Source: Promethearchaeia archaeon (GTDB lineage Archaea > Asgardarchaeota > Lokiarchaeia > Sigyniarchaeales > SOKP01). From it: a stretch of DNA of 64,000 nt. Location of the stretch: NCBI GenBank assembly GCA_046483985.1, contig JAWOCD010000031.1:32001-96000 (forward strand). Reading direction: 5' to 3'. Shown piece after piece: positions 58,033-64,000 of this stretch. The translations under genes were made by a program, and so were the position numbers. The first letter of the stretch is position 1. Each line of letters opens with the position of its first letter. The notes under the pieces were generated by a model. The model searched no databases, was not told where the DNA came from, and saw only the letters and a list, made by a program, of their open reading frames with translations.

Positions 58033-59277
58033 TTAGATAAAAAGCCTACTCCCTATAAAACTTGCCAAATCCATGACTTTTATCTTTTCTTTCAATTTTT
58101 TTTGCTCGTTTGCTAAGGCGGGCTCACTTAAATAACAAATAAAATGCGATAGACATTTTATACAAGGAACCAGTAAATATTCAGCACCCGTTTCAGCAGC
58201 CTCATTTATTCGCATTTTTCTTAATTGTCTCGTAAATTCTGTACACCCCGAGAATGCAGAAACGCCGCAACATTTTGCATCTTCTTTTATATGTTCCATT
58301 TCGAGAAGTTTTACGCCAGGAATTTTTTTTATGATCTCTCGTGGGGTATCAAATAATTTAGGTCCAAAACGACCAATTCGACAGGAATCATGATATGTCA
58401 CTGTAACCGGGTTTTCCTTTGGAAATCGAACCTGTTCAAGAATATTATGTTTTAGAAAGTATTCTGTATAATGGAGAACCTCAAAATCACAATCTTCAAC
58501 AACTTTTGGATAATCTATCTTCCATGTTCTGTAGTCCTCTGCATCAACCACAATTAAAGTTTTTACTCCGGCTTGTTTGAACAATTCTACATTATAATGT
58601 GCTAATTTTTTAAAGGTTTCCTCATCACCGCGCCCCCATAACGAATCATGGCCCGATAATTTCTCACGTAACACAACAGGAGAAATACCTACTTCATTCA
58701 ATAAACTAATAACAGTTATAGGGGATTTTAAATAGTCCACATCAAATTCGAAAGGAATATCTTCCATGAAAGGTGCCGGTCCTACAAATAACCCAATTTC
58801 GCCAGCTTCTTGTATTTGAAGATCTTTCTCCTCAAGGAAACTTAAGTGATTAGGGGGATTGGGGTTCTCCGCCATAAGATTTGCAATTAAAGGGAATATC
58901 CCATCGTGAGTTTCACATTGAGAGATTTTTTCTAATTCTTCTTCAATTCCTTCTTTAACGGCGAGTTTTCTTAATTCCAAGATTAGTTCTGGAATCTGAA
59001 CCCCTTCTTCCCCTTTTGTCATGGGACAATACACTGTGCATTGACCGCAGGTTAAACATTGCCATATGTTATTTTTTTCCAAGGCTTCTTCGACTGATTT
59101 ATATACAATATCATCGATTAATTGTCGAGGAGAAAAAATATCTAAATGAGCCAAGAGGCATACATTGACGCAGCGGTTACAATTATAGCAATAGTTTGCA
59201 CGTGCTCTCACTTTCTGAATGATATCTTGCGATTCGAACAATTTCTTATTCTTTTTTTTAGTTGCCGTCATATTCAA
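58033..59277 (-). CDS. HdrD-like Fe-S oxidoreductase
   Basis: CYNCNRCVNVC, CLTCGQCTVYCP, YHDSCRIGR, CCG. Confidence 0.85.
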   Translation of the reverse strand: MNMTATKKKNKKLFESQDIIQKVRARANYCYNCNRCVNVCLLAHLDIFSPRQLIDDIVYKSVEEALEKNNIWQCLTCGQCTVYCPMTKGEEGVQIPELILELRKLAVKEGIEEELEKISQCETHDGIFPLIANLMAENPNPPNHLSFLEEKDLQIQEAGEIGLFVGPAPFMEDIPFEFDVDYLKSPITVISLLNEVGISPVVLREKLSGHDSLWGRGDEETFKKLAHYNVELFKQAGVKTLIVVDAEDYRTWKIDYPKVVEDCDFEVLHYTEYFLKHNILEQVRFPKENPVTVTYHDSCRIGRFGPKLFDTPREIIKKIPGVKLLEMEHIKEDAKCCGVSAFSGCTEFTRQLRKMRINEAAETGAEYLLVPCIKCLSHFICYLSEPALANEQKKLKEKIKVMDLASFIGSRLFI

Positions 59278-59414
59278 AAAATAGAATTATCTTAACTCTT
59301 ACCAATGATAATTAATTCAATATTTTTAATGCTATCATTTTTTTAAATAAGAAATTTTAAACTCCAGCTTGTATACATATAAACATTAAAATTGGTTGAA
59401 TTAATTGTTATCTT

Positions 59415-60158
59415 ATGGAGAAAGAACAAAAGATTCAGATAGCCCTTGCTAAAGTAAGTGGCAAAATAATAGAGGACAAAAAAAAGTTAAAGAATCTTAT
59501 TATTCAATGTAAGAAGATTACATATGATAAGCAATACCTAAAAAAGATTATACTTATTCCAGGTGGAGGGAGTTCTGCAAATTTAATACGTTTTATTAAT
59601 GCTCAACTCAAAATAAGCAATGACTTGGCTCACTGGATGGCCATCTTAGCTATGGACTTTAATGCAGATCGGATTCATCGAAGGTTTCCTTCTCTTAAAA
59701 TTAGTGATACAATCGAGAAATTAAAGGAAGATACAGAGTCAAGGATCATACTCCTTAAACCTTTTCAGTTTCTCTATGAAGAGGATGCCTTACCTCATAG
59801 TTGGGATATTACTTCTGACTCAATCACATTATATATTGCACATAAATTAAAACTTTCAAATTGCTTCTTGATAAAGGATGTAGCGGGCATATATTTAAAA
59901 GATGAAGAGAGAGTAATAAAAGAGATTACAGCTAATGAGATTATAAAGTTAAAAAAAAATAACAAATTAACAAACTTGGGAAATAAAAATGAAAATCTTA
60001 AAAAATCCCGGCCCATTGACGAATATTTACCTATTTACATCAAGAAATTCGGCATAGATTGTATTTTCATTAATTTTGGAGAAAACCTCTTGGTCCGCTT
60101 TTTCGACGAGTCTGTAAATAAGCAAGACCTTATTTTCACAAAAATATCGCATATCTGA
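59415..60158 (+). CDS. mfnE: Amino-acid-kinase family, 5-(aminomethyl)-3-furanmethanol phosphate kinase-like
   Basis: IPGGG, AHWMAILAMD, LPHSWDITSDSI, KDVAGI. Confidence 0.7.
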   Translation: MEKEQKIQIALAKVSGKIIEDKKKLKNLIIQCKKITYDKQYLKKIILIPGGGSSANLIRFINAQLKISNDLAHWMAILAMDFNADRIHRRFPSLKISDTIEKLKEDTESRIILLKPFQFLYEEDALPHSWDITSDSITLYIAHKLKLSNCFLIKDVAGIYLKDEERVIKEITANEIIKLKKNNKLTNLGNKNENLKKSRPIDEYLPIYIKKFGIDCIFINFGENLLVRFFDESVNKQDLIFTKISHI

Positions 60159-60221
60159 ATTAAATTTATTAATTTATAGAATTAATATTATAATTAAAGT
60201 TACCACATTTTGGGAAAAAAT

Positions 60222-60917
60222 ATGGATCTCTCTCGTATTATACAAGTATATGTTATTCAACTCGGTGTTGGTGGAATATTTTACTTGGTAATAGCGTTTT
60301 TGATTCTGAGACGCAATAGGAACCGATTAAATAAAATATTTTCAATGTACTTTATCTCAATCGCAATAGGAACCATAATCAATGTCATCTATGTATCTTT
60401 GGAGTCTATTTTTATTATTAAAGTACTGAACATACTCACTTATTATTTTTTCTGTTTTGGTCAAGTCTTCCTTTTATTATTTAGTCTCATTTTGATCAAA
60501 TCAGAACGGGTAATTAATACCAAAAAACAATTAATCATCATTATTGTATTCGCAATCCTCCTAACGGGTCTTTTCGTAATTGGATTAGGGTTTAATGCAG
60601 TCACATTAAATGACAAAAATAAACCAGTTTGGGATTTTTTGTTTGTATCCTACACCTTAATTGTGTGTGGATTATATAACTTCATTCCAACTTTATATTT
60701 TTCCGCGGAGATTTATAAAAAATTTGAAGATCAACAATTAAAAAGGAAATGGAAATTCTTTCTTTTGGGAATTATCATCTACTACTTCGTTTGGGGAGGG
60801 ACCACACTTTCAAATCACTTAAACATTCCCGCCTTTAGAATGGTCTGGTCCCTGATTTCTTTAATTGCATTAATCAGTACATATACGATTTATTATGGGG
60901 TTGGAAAGCAGTTATAA
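60222..60917 (+). CDS. Stand-alone 7-TM membrane protein (HisKA_7TM-like)
   Basis: 7 hydrophobic segments; RLNKIFS after TM1. Confidence 0.65.
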   Translation: MDLSRIIQVYVIQLGVGGIFYLVIAFLILRRNRNRLNKIFSMYFISIAIGTIINVIYVSLESIFIIKVLNILTYYFFCFGQVFLLLFSLILIKSERVINTKKQLIIIIVFAILLTGLFVIGLGFNAVTLNDKNKPVWDFLFVSYTLIVCGLYNFIPTLYFSAEIYKKFEDQQLKRKWKFFLLGIIIYYFVWGGTTLSNHLNIPAFRMVWSLISLIALISTYTIYYGVGKQL

Positions 60918-61113
60918 TTCACTCCTTTTTGTCCTTTATTTCTTATTTCTCCTTTCTTGATCAATAAATCATGACATGAACAGCTTTTATTTTTTAGAGA
61001 AAAGTTATAATTAATATTATTGATTAAATAAAACCATTCCAACTTGCAAGGTTTTAAAACCTAATCTAATATTTGCAAGTTAATTAACCGAATTATGAAG
61101 TAAATTTATCTAT

Positions 61114-61461
61114 ATGTCTTGGGATCTGAGAAAAATAAAGGGAATAGGGCCAGTTATGGCAGACAAGCTGAATGAAGCTGGAATCAAAAGTATAGAGCAG
61201 TTGGCAGAATCCAGTATCCAAGTTTTAGCATCTGTAAATGGGATCGGAAAATATTCGGCTGAAAAATTGAAAAAAAACGCCAAACATTTATTAATGCTGG
61301 AAAATGGGCTTATAATCGCCTTAGATTCTATAAAAAAAGAATTTCAAAAAAAATGTCCAAAATGCGGGGGAAAAATGAAATCAAAATTTATTATTATTTC
61401 CCCGGAGAAACGTATGCATGTTAATCAATGCACAGTTTGCAAATTTTATATGCCAAAATGA
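61114..61461 (+). CDS. Helix-hairpin-helix protein with C-terminal Zn ribbon
   Basis: IKGIGP, VNGIGK; CPKC..CTVC. Confidence 0.8.
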   Translation: MSWDLRKIKGIGPVMADKLNEAGIKSIEQLAESSIQVLASVNGIGKYSAEKLKKNAKHLLMLENGLIIALDSIKKEFQKKCPKCGGKMKSKFIIISPEKRMHVNQCTVCKFYMPK

Positions 61462-61487
61462 ATTAACGTTATAAGAAAGTCTTTTCC

Positions 61488-62249
61488 TTACTCATTTTTC
61501 AGTTTTTTCATCAATTGAGTAAAGATCTCACCGGATTTTCCTTTTACAAATATGTCAGCGATATCATCCATTGCTGTGCTGTCTTTATTTATAAATATTA
61601 TCTCCGCTCCGTATTCTTTAGCAAGGCCAGGCAAAAAATTAGCGGGTGACACTTCTAAAGAACTTCCAACCATTAAAAAGCAATCACAATCTCTTACTGA
61701 AGCAACTGCATTATTCAGTATCCCTGGCGGGAGATTTTCGCCAAACAAAATAACTTTTGGTTTAATAAATCCACTGCATTCACATACGGGATACTCCTCA
61801 GATTGAGTATCCACTTCATCTAAATCATACTCGCGGTCACACCGGACACATTCTAATTTTCCATAAGAGCCATGCAATTCATAAATGGGAATGTCTTCAT
61901 GGGAACTGCTTCCAGCTCGTTGATGTAACATATCAACATTTTGAGTAATGATTGCCTTGACTTTACCCATCTTTTCCAATTCGGCAATCGCATAGTGAGT
62001 TGGATTCGGTTCAGCTTCGATCAAAGTTTTTTCCAGATCTCGATGCATCTCCCAAAACTTTGTAGGGTCTTTAAGGAATAATTGATAATTGGCATGGACA
62101 GCAGGATCATATCGACTCCATAATCCACCTTCAGAACGGAAATCCGCAATACCTGATTCTGTGGATGCTCCTGCACCGGTAAAAACTACAATATCATCGG
62201 AATTTTGGATAATTTCCGCAGCTTCTGATAATTTTTTTTGCTCGATCAT
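61488..62249 (-). CDS. cobB: Sir2 family NAD-dependent protein deacylase
   Basis: TGAGASTESGIADFR, TQNVD, ELHG, CxxC..CxC, GSSLEV. Confidence 0.93.
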   Translation of the reverse strand: MIEQKKLSEAAEIIQNSDDIVVFTGAGASTESGIADFRSEGGLWSRYDPAVHANYQLFLKDPTKFWEMHRDLEKTLIEAEPNPTHYAIAELEKMGKVKAIITQNVDMLHQRAGSSSHEDIPIYELHGSYGKLECVRCDREYDLDEVDTQSEEYPVCECSGFIKPKVILFGENLPPGILNNAVASVRDCDCFLMVGSSLEVSPANFLPGLAKEYGAEIIFINKDSTAMDDIADIFVKGKSGEIFTQLMKKLKNE

Positions 62250-62312
62250 CTTACTTACATAAAGGGAAAATTCAAATTTAAATTCAATATTTCAAAAGAA
62301 AAAGCATGTTGA

Positions 62313-62993
62313 TTAAAAATTATAATATTTTCCTATATCTTCATACGTATATTTACCATAGGTAACCGAGTCGACATTTTTTAGAAAACTATTGTACATC
62401 TTCCACGTGAATTTGATTTTCTTTTGACTTTGGTAAATTTTCAGCCATTTAAACAGATTCTTTCTTTTTTCCTCATCAATTGAATAGGAAAACTGTTGTT
62501 CCTCAGAATCGCTTTTAAACTGGCCGTAGGTGGCGATAAAATAGACAAAATATTCGATATCCTTTAATTCCAACTCTTTTGCCGCCTTAACTCCAATATC
62601 GTGGGTTGCTTGATGGTCTTCGTGTCCATTACTATCACTGGGTAAAACAAGTCTATCGACATCCTCTAATAGCGGTTTGACCTTCTGTACCGCATCGTCC
62701 ACATACTTTTGTCCTTCCGCATCATGAAATTTTAAAAGATGATGATTTTCGGAGGGAAGCCCCAAAAAGTCAATGGCTTGCTTCGCTTCATTTATCCGCA
62801 TATCTGCCACCTCATCTTCCGTCATGTTTTGAGCCTCTTCATTTAGGACATCTTTTGCTAAGCGATAACAAGCTCTGCCGTCTGTGACCGTGATTACATG
62901 GATTTCATAGTCTTCATTTATCCAATCGAGTAAAAGAGGACCTGGGCCAAACAACAAATCGTCCGGATGGGGTTCAAGAATTATTATTTTCAT
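62313..62993 (-). CDS. PIG-L/LmbE family deacetylase
   Basis: PHPDD, VTDG, HEDH. Confidence 0.88.
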   Translation of the reverse strand: MKIIILEPHPDDLLFGPGPLLLDWINEDYEIHVITVTDGRACYRLAKDVLNEEAQNMTEDEVADMRINEAKQAIDFLGLPSENHHLLKFHDAEGQKYVDDAVQKVKPLLEDVDRLVLPSDSNGHEDHQATHDIGVKAAKELELKDIEYFVYFIATYGQFKSDSEEQQFSYSIDEEKRKNLFKWLKIYQSQKKIKFTWKMYNSFLKNVDSVTYGKYTYEDIGKYYNF

Positions 62994-63059
62994 TTTTTAT
63001 CATTTTAAATTTAATTGATATTTTTCAATATAAAAGATGGAAAAGAATGCTTTTTTAAG

Positions 63060-63755
63060 TTATTTCTTATCCATTTGATATCCACATCGTGGGCACACTA
63101 ACTTTCCAAAACCGATTTTATAATTGTTTAATCCAGTCATTACTTCATTACAAATGGGACAACGAGGTTTAAAGGTGGGAAACCATTCTCCTTTCACATT
63201 TGGCATTGCCTTTAATCGCTGAGACATCTTCATCTTTTGTAACGTGTCCCTATCGAGTTTAAAGAGATCATGCTCATGCTCTTCCATAATAGACTTACCT
63301 TTTGGAGCAAGAACCGTAACAAATCTCATTTTCGACGGTGTTTGTAGAAGATTTAAAATTCGCTGGATGGCTCCCCTCTTATGCTGCTGAAATAATTTGG
63401 CCAATTCAGGAGGGGCAAGGGCCACCAGAATGCCTTGAGATATTCCTTGCTTTTTTTTATTCTGAAAGAGAAGCTGATATAATCGTCCATTCTTATCAAC
63501 CCCCCAGATAAAATTCCACATCGTGATATCATAATCTTCCCCTTGCGGACCCACAATCCTCCGAATTGTCCGATACCAAGAATATTCTTTATTATTATAG
63601 ATTTTCGAAACAATATCGTCGAAAAAAGAGGCTTCTATGACCGGGTATGTTTTAAATACTCGTTTTATGCTCAATAATTTGACTTCTGAGAGTTTATCCT
63701 TGGTATGTGTTTCCCACGGAGTAAGGGTATATAGTGAAAAAAATCTATTCATCAT
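63060..63755 (-). CDS. Hypothetical protein with C-terminal Zn ribbon
   Basis: CPIC..CPRC. Confidence 0.7.
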   Translation of the reverse strand: MMNRFFSLYTLTPWETHTKDKLSEVKLLSIKRVFKTYPVIEASFFDDIVSKIYNNKEYSWYRTIRRIVGPQGEDYDITMWNFIWGVDKNGRLYQLLFQNKKKQGISQGILVALAPPELAKLFQQHKRGAIQRILNLLQTPSKMRFVTVLAPKGKSIMEEHEHDLFKLDRDTLQKMKMSQRLKAMPNVKGEWFPTFKPRCPICNEVMTGLNNYKIGFGKLVCPRCGYQMDKK

Positions 63756-63900
63756 TTATTAAAAACCATCAACCAATAATAAATCTAAGTTTATAGATTG
63801 CGCAAAATTTGTAAAGATTATGGGTATAATTTATTTTAAGTTTCCCATCTTTTAAAATTGAAGAAAAATGAATAATTTTATAATAAAAAAAGAAGAAAAA

Positions 63901-64000
63901 TTAAATTTTAGTTAATTTTGATAAATCTCCTTCAATTGTTGCATCTAAAATCGGTCCAATGACCTCCTCTACCTTATCTAATGGGACTGGATTGGGCATG
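63901..64000 (-). CDS. 3' end of a CDS running off the window, possibly an iron-containing alcohol dehydrogenase
   Basis: ..MPNPVPLDKVEEVIGPILDATIEGDLSKLTKI*. Confidence 0.4.
   Translation of the reverse strand, partial: MPNPVPLDKVEEVIGPILDATIEGDLSKLTKI

Noticed and set aside
36473-59277. Selenocysteine read-through in the Fe-S/Hdr-like genes
   Set aside because: These ORFs appear complete, with no in-frame TGA at Cys positions
60222-60917. Rhodopsin
   Set aside because: No retinal-binding lysine motif in helix 7

Overview
AT-rich archaeal chromosome segment, most likely Asgard (Lokiarchaeia-like). This is inferred from an Arf-family GTPase, a Loki-type LRR protein, a degenerate Rab-like protein, MfnE, a Tma20/PUA protein and many HdrD/CCG Fe-S proteins. 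No rRNA, tRNA or CRISPR array was seen. Best candidate for a new system: a tightly packed operon at 47769-54895 encoding a HAD phosphatase, a double-domain PlsC acyltransferase, three genes that together resemble the PlsA/PlsR (plasmalogen synthase) / Ger (glycerol ester reductase) module, and a degenerate PlsC. It suggests bacterial-type acyl-ester and ester-to-ether lipid chemistry in an archaeon. Other highlights: (1) two membrane-anchored, apparently circularly permuted heparinase II/III-like lyases, one with substituted catalytic motifs; (2) a ~7.3-kb accessory island bounded by a duplicated ~95-bp divergent promoter region; (3) two ORF-less IS200/IS605-type mini-elements with conserved ends and hairpins; (4) an Hsp90 with a long charged linker; (5) an LRR gene next to a TPR-NYN RNase gene; (6) several deletion-scar gene remnants. 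All family calls come from motif recognition by eye, not database searches.
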